Source: a bacterium | GTDB taxonomy: Bacteria > SAR324 > NAC60-12 | Length of the DNA stretch: 64,000 nucleotides | Assembly (NCBI GenBank): GCA_965233585.1 | Contig: CBDDTI010000746.1 | Location: forward strand, 384,001 to 448,000 | Direction of reading: 5' to 3' | Shown: positions 1-9,524 of the stretch, piece after piece | Numbering within the stretch: position 1 is the first letter of the stretch | How the letters are laid out: every line of letters starts with the position of its first letter | The notes under the pieces: model-generated | Databases searched by the model: none | What the model was told of the DNA's origin: nothing | What the model saw: only the letters and a program-made list of their open reading frames with translations | Translations under genes and position numbers: made by a program

Positions 1-897
1 TTCCTCATAAATGGCATTTGCCACGTCGCTGACTTCTGCACGTGTGGGCATTGGGTTCTCAATCATAGACTCAAGCAAATGTGTTGCAACGATGCTGCGC
101 TTGCCTTTTTTAGCACACTTGGTGGCAATTTGTCTCTGGATATATGGAAGTTGTTCAGGGGGAATTTCAATTCCCAAATCACCCCTCGCAATCATCACTC
201 CATCAGCAATATCAATGATTTCATCAACGTTGCCCAGACCCTCCACATTCTCAATCTTGGCATACACTTGGCATCTTCTGACATGCGGACCAAGAATTGC
301 CCTTGCACGATCAATGACTTGAGCAGAACGGACGAATGACAACGCAAAAAAATCAAAATCGTGTTCTCTCCCAAATTTCAGGTCTAAAACATCTTGTTCT
401 GTGATAGAGTCAAGGTTGACTTTGATACCGGGTAAGTTGACGTGTCTGTATCCCTTAACGAAGCCACCATGTTCTACCTGACAAGTGATGGTCTGGTCTT
501 GTTGGCTCATGCTTAAAATTTTCAGATGAATCAGTCCATTGTCCACCAGAATTGTATTGTCAACAGCAACATCGTGGATTAAATCGGAGTAGTCAATAAA
601 CAGGGTATTCGGGGCAGGTTCTTTGAGAGTGATGACGATTTCTTGACCCTCTTTCAGGTCCATAGAATTTGAACCTGTTCGGATTTCAGGTCCTTTGGTA
701 TCAAGCAATAGTCCAAGAGGAGTGGAAAGCTCTTCATTGACTGCTTTGATGGTATCAATCACTTTGCGATGGTCATCATGGGTGCCGTGAGACATATTGA
801 TTCTAGCAATGCTCATACCTGCATCATGCAATTTGGTCAGCATTTCTGGAGAAGAGCTTGCAGGACCAATGGTGCAAATAATTTTTGTATCTTGCAT
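1..897 (-). CDS. pyk: Pyruvate kinase, runs off the window start (absent from the ORF track)
   Basis: Manual translation from ATG at 897: MQDTKIICTIGPAS...ARINMSHG...LLDTKGPEIRTG...VMIARGDLG...ATQMLESM...PTRAEVSDVANA. Confidence 0.95.
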   Translation of the reverse strand, partial: MQDTKIICTIGPASSSPEMLTKLHDAGMSIARINMSHGTHDDHRKVIDTIKAVNEELSTPLGLLLDTKGPEIRTGSNSMDLKEGQEIVITLKEPAPNTLFIDYSDLIHDVAVDNTILVDNGLIHLKILSMSQQDQTITCQVEHGGFVKGYRHVNLPGIKVNLDSITEQDVLDLKFGREHDFDFFALSFVRSAQVIDRARAILGPHVRRCQVYAKIENVEGLGNVDEIIDIADGVMIARGDLGIEIPPEQLPYIQRQIATKCAKKGKRSIVATHLLESMIENPMPTRAEVSDVANAIYEE

Positions 898-938
898 AAA
901 TTCACCTTTTAAAATAGAAGATTTGGAAAGCAGTTATT

Positions 939-1793
939 ATGATAGTAAATCAAAAATTAAAAAAGAGTCTCTTTTTCAAGATGTTTTCATGTGGGTTGAT
1001 TTTCTATTCGTTTTCAGGGTATGCAGAGACGCTTTCGTTGAAGGATCTTAGGCAGATTGCTAACCAAACCAACTGGGTTTATCAACAGTATTTGCAAAAG
1101 CAGATGCAACTTTATATCAGAAATCAGCTAGACTTGCCACAACGTTTGTGCCAGCGAGATGACCAGACCTTTGGTTGCACAACGTATCAAAAACAAAAAA
1201 ATACATGGTCTATTCAACTCACACTAAAAGAAGCCTTGAGAGTGAAAGCATTAGATTTTGGTCAACTTTGGTTGTTGCGTCAGGGCAATGGACAGAGAAA
1301 ATTGGTAGCCAAAAACCAAAGTAATCAATCTCTTGAGTTTTCTTTTGATGGTCCAAGTCTTTCAGGTTGGCAAGTCAAAAATAAGCAAAGAACTTTGACC
1401 AACAGACAACTTGAAGCCTTGAAGCAAGATGCTGCATTCATTTACAGAGACCAACTCAAACGGGCGATGATTCAGTACCAAAATCAACAAATTGCATACC
1501 CGACAGACCCTTGTGACGCACGTATGCTGCGTCTGGGGTGTGTGTCATTTTCACGCTTTCAACATCATACTCAAATGACCATCGTGCTTTCAAAAGAGAA
1601 AAAGCAAACATTTCTTGGATTCCACAGTCTTTTATACAAACGTCAAAATGACGGAAGTGGTATGATTCAATTCCGTGACTCACAGCAATTCAATGAGTCT
1701 CAACAATCTCAAATTTTTATTCCTATTGTGAACGACCAAATGCAATCTTTGCATACTTTGGTGAATCAAACATTTGACTCATGGGACGACTAA
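939..1793 (+). CDS. Hypothetical exported protein with two internal Cys-pair repeats
   Basis: 284-aa ORF with a signal-like N-terminus (GYA/ET) and two similar halves, each with C-x7-GC. Confidence 0.6.
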   Translation: MIVNQKLKKSLFFKMFSCGLIFYSFSGYAETLSLKDLRQIANQTNWVYQQYLQKQMQLYIRNQLDLPQRLCQRDDQTFGCTTYQKQKNTWSIQLTLKEALRVKALDFGQLWLLRQGNGQRKLVAKNQSNQSLEFSFDGPSLSGWQVKNKQRTLTNRQLEALKQDAAFIYRDQLKRAMIQYQNQQIAYPTDPCDARMLRLGCVSFSRFQHHTQMTIVLSKEKKQTFLGFHSLLYKRQNDGSGMIQFRDSQQFNESQQSQIFIPIVNDQMQSLHTLVNQTFDSWDD

Positions 1794-2275
1794 CAGATTT
1801 ACTTGTTGCCAGAGGCATCATTAAAGATGCTGAAAGCGACCAAACCCCAGCCATTGCAGAAGAAGATATTTTAAGACTGACTGATGTCTTTGAAGAAGAG
1901 AATATCTCCCAACAAATCAAAGAAACTTTTCAAGAACAACAACAAACTCCTTTAGGTAGGAATAAACGTCTACTTTTTGGAAAACTTCCCTCCATTGGAG
2001 AATTTTTTATCCCCAAATCCATGAACGGACGACTGCTGGACTGCCCTGATGTTTTGTTTGTAGAAATGCAAAATGCCACGCCAACACTCAAAGCCAAAGC
2101 CTATGCCTTTGATGGTGATGAGCTTAGTTTTATCTACTATGACTCTCAAAGCAAGATGTTACAAACAGGGACGTTTACAGAATATCCAACTGACGCTTAT
2201 GGTGCCAAAATGGGACGCATTGGCGTTTATCACAAGACACTCATCTGGATTTCTAAAGTTTCTGATTTGATTTGA
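1781..2275 (+). CDS. Hypothetical protein
   Basis: 164-aa ORF overlapping the upstream stop; no family recognised. Confidence 0.55.
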   Translation: MGRLTDLLVARGIIKDAESDQTPAIAEEDILRLTDVFEEENISQQIKETFQEQQQTPLGRNKRLLFGKLPSIGEFFIPKSMNGRLLDCPDVLFVEMQNATPTLKAKAYAFDGDELSFIYYDSQSKMLQTGTFTEYPTDAYGAKMGRIGVYHKTLIWISKVSDLI

Positions 2276-2492
2276 AAGTGTTTGATTGAATTTGAAAAAT
2301 CCTAGTTTCTAAAAAACACAAAACTTTTTTGGGTTGAGAGATGAAAATAGGACAAAACAAAACTACTTGAGCAGAGAAAGAACCCCCAAGACTGCTCTTA
2401 TGCACAAGGCATCATTCATTTTTTGAAGAAAGTGAAAAAGTTCTGTGTAGGAAAATAGTTGTCAAAAGTGAAGGAAAGCCAGCAAACCTCCC

Positions 2493-2612
2493 GTCATTCC
2501 GTGCCTCTCTTAGTCATTCCGCACTTGATGCGGAATCTCAAAGACAAGAGAGAGATTGCGGGTCAAGGTGAGCAATGATGGAGTAGGGACAGACACGTTG
2601 GTCTGTCGCTAC
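2493..2612. repeat. Composite REP-like palindrome cluster 1
   Basis: GTCATTCCGCACTTGATGCGGAATCTC (2513-2539), an inverted partner GAGATTGCGGGTCAAG..., and a GTAG-type hairpin GTAGGGACAGAC...GTCTGTCGCTAC (2583-2612). Confidence 0.8.
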
Positions 2613-2616
2613 AAAA

Positions 2617-4236
2617 CTACCTCCCAAACTTGATTAAAAATATGTCATCGCTTCCTTGATTGGTCTCTCCACCAAAATTTCCTGCAGAGAATCCTGCCAC
2701 GTAAACATTGCCTGCTGAATCCACACTTACTCCTCGTCCTCTATCATTTGTGCTAGTGCCAAGTAGTCTTGACCTCTGTTTGACACCTGAACTGTCATAC
2801 TTGATTAAAAACATGTCGTCACTTCCTGAATGGGTGTGTCCATCAAAAGCTCCTGCAAAGAATCCTGTCACGTAAACATTGCCTGATGAATCTACACTCA
2901 CTCCTTGTCCTCTATCAAAATTGCTAGTTCCAACCAACTTTGACCACTGCTTGACGCCTGAAGTATCATACTTCACTAAAAACATGTCTTCTTTTCCTGA
3001 ATTGGTCTTTCCATCAAAAGCTCCTTCAGAATATCCTATCACGTAGGCATTGCCTGAAGCATCCACACTCACTCCTTGTCCTCTATCATCACTGCTAGTG
3101 CCAAGCAATTTAGACCACTGCTTCGCTCCTGAAGTGTCATACTTGATTAAAAACATGTCCTCATTTCCTGAATTGGTCTCTCCACCAAAATTTCCTTCAG
3201 AGTATCCTGTCACGTAAGCATTGCCTGCTGAATCCACACTCACTCCCTCTCCTGTATCATTACCGCTAGTGCCGAGCAACTTAGACCACTGCCTGTTGCC
3301 TGAAGCATCATACTTGATTAAAAACATGTCCCTACCTCCTGAATTGGTCTTTCCATCAAAATTTCCCGCAGAATCTCCAGTCACATAGACATTGCCTGCT
3401 GAATCCACACTCACTCCAAATCCTTGATCAGTACTGCTAGTGCCAAGCAGCTGAGACCACTGCTTGTTGCCTGAAGTATCATACTTGATTAAAAACATGT
3501 CCCTACCTCCTTGATTGGTCTGTCCATCAAAATTTCCTGCAAGCGATCCTGTCACATAGACATTGTCTGATGAATCCACACTCACTCCACTTCCAAAATC
3601 AAAATTGCTAGTGCCAAGCAATTTAGACCACTGCTTGGCACCTGAAACATCATACTTGATTAAAAACAAGTCAGCATTTCCTTGATTGGTCTTTCCATCA
3701 AAATTTCCTTGAGAGAATCCTGTCACGTAAACATTGCCTTTAGAATCCACACTCACTCTACTTCCAAAATCAAGCCTGCTAGTGCCAAACAGACGAGACC
3801 ATTGTTTAGCCAAGTGTTCAGCAATGGCTTGGTTGTAGCAACTCCAATCAGAAGCAGGCGTATTACCTGATGCTTTGACACGAACGCAGAGCTTGCCTGA
3901 TGCAACGGCATCGTCTCCAAAAGCAAAAGGGCTGTTGCAATTAGTTGCAGTTGTTCCGCCATCTTTGGAACATTCGTAACTTTTGCCTGACTCTTCAGTA
4001 AAAGTGAATGTTCTGGCTGACACTGACAATCTAGTTGATGGTTTTGGTGGCTTTGGTGAGACAGAGGCAGTGTTTTCATCTGATGGACTACGTTTGTCAG
4101 TGCAGGCAACAAGGACACTGAAACCAAGCAGGATTGAACATTTCTTCAAAGAAGAAGATTTAAGAAACGATGCAAAAGCATCAGTGCAGGAAACAAGTGC
4201 TTTGATAAATACTTTGATTGTACGACATGCAAACAT
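2617..4236 (-). CDS. SBBP-type seven-bladed beta-propeller lipoprotein
   Basis: Seven 60-aa repeats (VSVDSxGNVYVTG...DMFLIKYDxSGxKQWS); lipobox LVAC at Cys45; start set at ATG 4236 by homology with the neighbouring gene's leader. Confidence 0.85.
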   Translation of the reverse strand: MFACRTIKVFIKALVSCTDAFASFLKSSSLKKCSILLGFSVLVACTDKRSPSDENTASVSPKPPKPSTRLSVSARTFTFTEESGKSYECSKDGGTTATNCNSPFAFGDDAVASGKLCVRVKASGNTPASDWSCYNQAIAEHLAKQWSRLFGTSRLDFGSRVSVDSKGNVYVTGFSQGNFDGKTNQGNADLFLIKYDVSGAKQWSKLLGTSNFDFGSGVSVDSSDNVYVTGSLAGNFDGQTNQGGRDMFLIKYDTSGNKQWSQLLGTSSTDQGFGVSVDSAGNVYVTGDSAGNFDGKTNSGGRDMFLIKYDASGNRQWSKLLGTSGNDTGEGVSVDSAGNAYVTGYSEGNFGGETNSGNEDMFLIKYDTSGAKQWSKLLGTSSDDRGQGVSVDASGNAYVIGYSEGAFDGKTNSGKEDMFLVKYDTSGVKQWSKLVGTSNFDRGQGVSVDSSGNVYVTGFFAGAFDGHTHSGSDDMFLIKYDSSGVKQRSRLLGTSTNDRGRGVSVDSAGNVYVAGFSAGNFGGETNQGSDDIFLIKFGR

Positions 4237-4364
4237 TTGATTGACTCCATTTAGAGGTTGGACAAAAAGACAACACCCAACGGGTGCTTTCGTGGGAACA
4301 ACTCTTGGCTTGAAAAAAATCATCTGATTTTCAGGGGAAAGAGTTGAATAAAAAAACAAAGCCT

Positions 4365-4394
4365 ATACTATGCAAGTACAAAAAAAAAATACAA
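4365..4394 (-). promoter_or_regulatory. Putative sigma70 promoter containing a T10 tract
   Basis: TTGTAT-18 nt-TAGTAT on the minus strand; aligns with the promoter at 7562-7590. Confidence 0.45.
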
Positions 4395-4467
4395 GCCACG
4401 ACTTAGAATTTTAAGGGAATTTTTTGGTTTTTAAGGAATTTTGAAGATTTTTCAAAAATCTCTCTTG

Positions 4468-4675
4468 GTCATTCCGCACTTGATGCGGAATCTCAAAAAC
4501 AAGAGTGAGATTGCGGGTCAAGCCCGCAATGACAGTTTTCAAAGTGAGCCATGACGAAAAGGCAAGCCATGAGGTCACAACGTAGGGACAAACCAAAGTT
4601 TGTCCTGTGTTTGAAGAAAAACAAAAGAGATTGCGGGTCAAGCCCGCAATGACATTTTTCAAGGTGAACAATGAC
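4468..4675. repeat. Composite REP-like palindrome cluster 2
   Basis: GTCATTCCGCACTTGATGCGGAATCTC (4468-4494), GAGATTGCGGGTCAAGCCCGCAATGAC twice (4507-4533, 4627-4653), and a GTAGGGACAAAC...GTTTGTCC hairpin from 4582. Confidence 0.85.
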
Positions 4676-4753
4676 GAAAGAACGAAGTGTTTCAATTTCT
4701 CTCCTTTGAAAGGGTGCTTGTTCAGGTCAAACAGTGTGGTTTTTCCAGAATAA

Positions 4754-7456
4754 TCAAGGTTCAAATGCCCAGACATCGTTTTGACCATCTCCAACATATC
4801 CCCCTAGCACCCAGACTTGATTATTGAGCATCACACTTGCATGACCTGAACGTCCAGACCAACGAACCTGACCTACTGGGATTTTGTGTTCTGTCCAATT
4901 TACACCATCAGAAGAACTCCAAACATCGTTTCTGCGGTTCCCGTCATATCCTCCTAGCACCCAGATTCTGTTGTTAAACACTAAACTTGCATGATCCTCA
5001 CGTCCAGACCAACGAGTTTGACCTGCTGGAATCTTGTGTTCTTTCCAAGTGACCCCATCAGAAGAACTCCAAACATCGTTTTTGTGGTATCCACCATCTG
5101 TGCTATATCCTCCTAGCACCCAGATTCTGTTGTTAAACACCAAACTTGCATGATCCTTCCTTGCAGACCAGCTTGCATCTGTGGCTTTTGTCCAATGTGT
5201 TCCATCTTGGGAACTCCAAACATCGTTTTTGTGTTCGTCATTTTTATCATATCCCCCCAGTACCCAGATTTTGCCATTGAACGTCACGCTTGCATGCTCC
5301 TCCCTTGCAGACCAACGAGTGCTGCCTAATGGGATTTTGTGTTCTTGCCAATTTTTCCCATCTGCCGAACTCCAGACATCATTTTGATAATAAGGAAAGC
5401 CATTACCTCCGCCCATGACCCAGATTTTGTTATTGAACACGACACTTGTGTGATTATAACGTCTTGCCCAACGTGTTTGACCTGCTGGAATCTTGTGTTC
5501 TTGCCAATTTTTTCCATCTGCCGAACTCCAGACGTCGTTTGTGCGGCTTCCAGCAATTCCTCCGAGCACCCAGATTTTTTGACTGAACGCTAAACTTGTA
5601 TGATTCCAACGTGCCGCCCAGAGATTCTTGCCTGCTGGAACTTTGTGTTCTTGCCAATTTTCTCCATCTGCGGAACTCCAGACATCATTTTTTAAGCGGA
5701 TGGAACTTTCATTTCCGCCTATGACCCAGATTTTGTTATCAAACACAACGGTTGTATGATCATTACGCCCAGACCAACGAGTATTGTCTGACGGGATTCG
5801 GTGTTCTGTCCAGTTCACGCCATCTGGAGAACTCCAGACACCGTTTGTGTAGGCTCCACTATATCCCCCTATGACCCAGATTTTTTTGTCAAACACAACG
5901 GTTGTATGACGATAACGAAGAGACCAACGAGTCCTGCCCGGAATCCGATGTTCTGTCCAATTCACACCATCTTGGGAACTCCAGACATCGTTTTTGAGGC
6001 TTCCGTCAACTCCGCCCAATACCCAGATTTTGTTATCAAACACAACGCTTGTATGATCCTCACGCCCAGACCAATCTGCTGAATCAGTCTCTTTTGTCCA
6101 ACTGACTCCATCTGAAGAACTCCAGACATCATTTTTGTATTCGTCGTTTTCATCAACTCCTCCCAATACCCAGATTTTTTTGTCTTTGACAACACTTGTA
6201 TGGCTATGACGAACAGACCAGCCTGCTGAATTTGTGACTTGCGTCCAACTGACTCCATCTGAAGAACTCCAGACATCATTTTTGTATTCGTCGTTTTCAT
6301 CAACTCCTCCCAATACCCAGATTTTGCTATCAAATACAACGCTTGTATGATTGTCTCTTGCAGACCAACGAGTGCTGCCTGATGGAATTTTGTGTTCTGT
6401 CCAAGTGACGCCATCTGCGGAACTCCAGACGTCGTTTGTGCGTTTTCCATCAGTCCCCCCCAATACCCAGATTTTGCCATTGAACGTTACACTTGTATGT
6501 TCCTCCCTTGCCGCCCAACGATGCCTGTCTTTTGCCTTCCAAGTAAATCTGGAAGTGTCAATAGATGGGGTGGGAGAAGATGGCTTGTCAGAAGGTTTTG
6601 GTTTTGGTTCAGAATTGTCAGGAGATGGCTTGTCAGAAGGTTTTGGTTTTGGTTCAGAATTGGAATTGGAAGATTGAGAGATGAGGACTTCGTCAAAGTG
6701 ATTAACAATAGTAGAGTGATTGAAGCTGTCAAAGAGAAGCCCCGCAGTCTGCCCCCAAGAATTACCTTGAGCATTGAAATTCACTTGGTCAGTGCTTTCT
6801 TCACAAAGTAATTGGCTATTGACAGATTTCTTGACTTTTTTGGCAGAAAAATCAAATTCCATTTGAAACCTCACCCACTTCCCAGCAGACACTTGACTTG
6901 TTTCTCCTCCCTTGCAAACGACAACAAGTTGACCACTACCTTGACGAGCAATGCCAAGATGTCCTGCCTCCCCTGCTTGGTTCTTTAACCCGATGCCTCC
7001 AAGATAGTCATTGCCATTTGCTTTCATAAACTTCATATTTGCCGAAATGGTGGTTTTTTGTGGAAAATCATTGGCAAAGTCTTTGCGGATTGAAGCAACC
7101 CGACCAGACTTTCCAGCCACTCTTAAATAACGATTCCCTTCAGATTCTTCTACCCGCTGCTGTGCTGTTCCCAAACCATTATAGATGACCTTGTAGCCTT
7201 CAGGCAGTGTGTTGACACTCACAGATTCAAAATCTTGGCTATAAATGGTCTCATTATTGGAAGAAGGCGTTGGGTCAGGATTGTCAGGAGATTGATTGTT
7301 AGAAGTCTCGTCGTCTCCCGCACAAGCAACGAGAACCGTGAGACACAGCAAGAGTGAACCTTTTTTAAAAAAAGAAGGTTTCAAGAAAAATCTAAAATTC
7401 CTGACAAAAACCACAAGTTCTCGGGAAAGAGAATTGTTTGTATTCAATGTAAACAT
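4754..7456 (-). CDS. Kelch-like repeat lipoprotein: N-terminal beta-sandwich-like domain, Pro/Ser/Lys linker, 12 blades
   Basis: Twelve repeats WSxRxxHxSVVFxxKIWVLGG...NDVWSSxDGxxW; lipobox LVAC at Cys45. Confidence 0.85.
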   Translation of the reverse strand: MFTLNTNNSLSRELVVFVRNFRFFLKPSFFKKGSLLLCLTVLVACAGDDETSNNQSPDNPDPTPSSNNETIYSQDFESVSVNTLPEGYKVIYNGLGTAQQRVEESEGNRYLRVAGKSGRVASIRKDFANDFPQKTTISANMKFMKANGNDYLGGIGLKNQAGEAGHLGIARQGSGQLVVVCKGGETSQVSAGKWVRFQMEFDFSAKKVKKSVNSQLLCEESTDQVNFNAQGNSWGQTAGLLFDSFNHSTIVNHFDEVLISQSSNSNSEPKPKPSDKPSPDNSEPKPKPSDKPSSPTPSIDTSRFTWKAKDRHRWAAREEHTSVTFNGKIWVLGGTDGKRTNDVWSSADGVTWTEHKIPSGSTRWSARDNHTSVVFDSKIWVLGGVDENDEYKNDVWSSSDGVSWTQVTNSAGWSVRHSHTSVVKDKKIWVLGGVDENDEYKNDVWSSSDGVSWTKETDSADWSGREDHTSVVFDNKIWVLGGVDGSLKNDVWSSQDGVNWTEHRIPGRTRWSLRYRHTTVVFDKKIWVIGGYSGAYTNGVWSSPDGVNWTEHRIPSDNTRWSGRNDHTTVVFDNKIWVIGGNESSIRLKNDVWSSADGENWQEHKVPAGKNLWAARWNHTSLAFSQKIWVLGGIAGSRTNDVWSSADGKNWQEHKIPAGQTRWARRYNHTSVVFNNKIWVMGGGNGFPYYQNDVWSSADGKNWQEHKIPLGSTRWSAREEHASVTFNGKIWVLGGYDKNDEHKNDVWSSQDGTHWTKATDASWSARKDHASLVFNNRIWVLGGYSTDGGYHKNDVWSSSDGVTWKEHKIPAGQTRWSGREDHASLVFNNRIWVLGGYDGNRRNDVWSSSDGVNWTEHKIPVGQVRWSGRSGHASVMLNNQVWVLGGYVGDGQNDVWAFEP
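6578..6662. repeat. 45-nt tandem repeat encoding the NSEPKPKPSDKPS linker
   Basis: AGATGGCTTGTCAGAAGGTTTTGGTTTTGGTTCAGAATTG at 6578 and 6623. Confidence 0.9.
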
Positions 7457-7561
7457 TTGATTGACTCATTGAAAGATTACAAAAAACAACACCTCCAATG
7501 GATGCTGCAGTGGCAAAAACTCTTATCTTAAAATAAATTTATATTTTAAAGACAATGACCC

Positions 7562-7590
7562 ATGCTAACCACTTACAAAAAGAAAGGCAA
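7562..7590 (-). promoter_or_regulatory. Putative sigma70 promoter of the kelch gene
   Basis: TTGCCT-17 nt-TAGCAT on the minus strand. Confidence 0.45.
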
Positions 7591-7689
7591 GCGAATGCTT
7601 GTAAATTTTTATAAAAATTCTGCAAAACAGTTTGACGGCGGATTGAAGCCAAAAAAAGATACTTGAAAGGGGGGCGAACAATCAAAAGA

Positions 7690-7781
7690 CAAGCCCGCGA
7701 CCTCTCTTAGTCATTCCCTGCTTGATGCAGAATGACAGAGAGTGTTTGAGATTCCGCATCAGGCACTCAAATGACAAGAGG
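7690..7781. repeat. Degenerate REP-like cluster 3
   Basis: CAAGCCCGC; CCTCTCTTAGTCATTCC...CTTGATGCAGAATGAC; GAGATTCCGCATCA...AATGACAAGAGG. Confidence 0.7.
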
Positions 7782-7895
7782 ACAGTGTCTTGCTATTGAG
7801 ACCTGTTTGACGATAGGAAGCGAACCGATTGCCAAATGGTCAATTCGCATGGTAAACTGACAACGTTTGTTTAAATTCCTTCATCTTATGAGGCA

Positions 7896-8234
7896 TTGAT
7901 GCCAAAGCCTTCTGTTGTCTATCGTGTGACATTTGTGAATGACGGCAAAGTGTACGAAATCTATGCACGTTCTCTTTACCAAGCAGATTTGTTTGGATTC
8001 ATTGAGGTCAAAGATTTTCTGTTTGGTGAAAAATCAGAGTTATTGATTGACCCAAATGAGGAGAAGCTCAAAACAGAATTTAGCGGAGTTGAAAAATCTT
8101 ATATCCCTTTGCACTCTGTGATTAGAATTGATGTTGTCAAGAAGCAAGGAAAGGCAAAATTAATCCCGCTGCCTACCAAGAAAGAAGAAGGAATCAAAGC
8201 ACCGATTTATGTCAAAACTCCCTCACAAGACTAA
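7896..8234 (+). CDS. DUF1820-family protein
   Basis: YRVTFVNDGKVYEIYA...FGFIEV...IDPNEEKLKTEFSGV...IPLHSVIRID pattern. Confidence 0.8.
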   Translation: MMPKPSVVYRVTFVNDGKVYEIYARSLYQADLFGFIEVKDFLFGEKSELLIDPNEEKLKTEFSGVEKSYIPLHSVIRIDVVKKQGKAKLIPLPTKKEEGIKAPIYVKTPSQD

Positions 8235-8249
8235 CCAACCTTTTCAGTT

Positions 8250-9515
8250 ATGATAGACCTCAAATATCTCCGAAACCATTTAGATGAAGCGAAAATCAAC
8301 TGCCAACGGCGCCATAGCCAAGCAGACCCAGAACAGTTACTTGTCATTGATGAAGCTGTCCGCAAGATTAAAAGCGAGCTTGATGAGCTGAGGTGTCAGA
8401 GAAATGAAATCAATACCAAAATGAAAACTCCACTTTCTGAGGAGGAACGTGGGCTTTTGGTGACAAAGTCCAGAAAGATGAAGGACCAAGAACAGGCTCT
8501 TGAACAAAACTATGCAAAAACCTTTCATCAAAGGCAAGAGTTGTGGCAAGCTGTTCCGAATTGGACACACCCTGAAAGCCCTGATGGTAAAGATGACACT
8601 GCTAACTGTGTTTTGAAAGAAGTTGGCAAAAAGCCTCAATTTGATTTTGCCCCGCAAGACCATATGACTTTGATGAAAAAACTAGACTGGCTTGATTTTG
8701 AAAGTGGTGCGAAAGTAGCAGGAAATAAATTTTATTACCTCAAAAATGATGCCGTGTTCTTGGAGATTGCATTAGTCCAATTTGCGATGCAATTACTGAC
8801 GCAAAAGGGCTTCGTGCCTTTTATAACTCCAGACCTTGCAAGGTCTGAAATTGTGGAAGGATTAGGCTTTCAACCGAGAGGAAACGAAACACAAATCTAT
8901 TCCATTGAAGATTCTGATTTGTGTTTGGTCGCTACTTCTGAAATTACACTGGCAGGACGCCTTAAAGATGAATTGCTACACGAAAGCGATTTGCCACTTA
9001 AACATGCAGGGTTTTCTCATTGTTTTCGCACAGAATCAGGGTCAGCAGGCAGAGAATCTAGGGGGCTGTTCCGTGTTCACCAATTTTCTAAAGTAGAGAT
9101 GTTTATCTTCGCAAAGCCTGAAGATTCAGACATGATGCACCAAGAATTATTGGAGATAGAGGAAGAGATTTACCAGAAGTTAGAGCTTCCCTACCGTGTG
9201 GTTGATGTGTGCTGTGGTGATTTAGGCGCCCCTGCTTATCGCAAATATGATTTAGAGGCGTGGATGCCCGGACGCAATGAGTGGGGAGAAATTACATCTG
9301 CTTCCAACTGTACCGACTATCAGTCAAGACGTTTGAACATTCGCTACAAAGACGCTCAAGGGCATAACCATTTTGTTCATCTACTCAATGGAACTGCGAT
9401 TGCTGTTTCAAGGGTTTTAGTGGCACTGATTGAAAACAACCAGAAAGCAGATGGCTCAATTTCCATTCCCCCTTCTTTGATTCCATTCATGCCTCAACTT
9501 GAAAAAACGATATAA
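8250..9515 (+). CDS. serS: Serine--tRNA ligase
   Basis: N-terminal coiled coil; ATSE, FRTESG, RVHQFSKVE, EITSASNCTDYQSRRL, LNGTAIA. Confidence 0.97.
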   Translation: MIDLKYLRNHLDEAKINCQRRHSQADPEQLLVIDEAVRKIKSELDELRCQRNEINTKMKTPLSEEERGLLVTKSRKMKDQEQALEQNYAKTFHQRQELWQAVPNWTHPESPDGKDDTANCVLKEVGKKPQFDFAPQDHMTLMKKLDWLDFESGAKVAGNKFYYLKNDAVFLEIALVQFAMQLLTQKGFVPFITPDLARSEIVEGLGFQPRGNETQIYSIEDSDLCLVATSEITLAGRLKDELLHESDLPLKHAGFSHCFRTESGSAGRESRGLFRVHQFSKVEMFIFAKPEDSDMMHQELLEIEEEIYQKLELPYRVVDVCCGDLGAPAYRKYDLEAWMPGRNEWGEITSASNCTDYQSRRLNIRYKDAQGHNHFVHLLNGTAIAVSRVLVALIENNQKADGSISIPPSLIPFMPQLEKTI

Positions 9516-9524
9516 ACCGATGAT

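Noticed and set aside
11..1051. Short plus-strand ORFs here, and the many short antisense or alternate-frame ORFs elsewhere (e.g. 62768-63004)
   Set aside because: Shadow ORFs over well-supported genes
4411..4797. 128-aa ORF with repeated VIAGLTRNL
   Set aside because: It is a translation of the REP-like palindromes and overlaps the kelch gene end
2617..6500. Regular repeats as a CRISPR array
   Set aside because: They are in-frame coding repeats of about 150-180 nt, with no unique spacers and no cas genes
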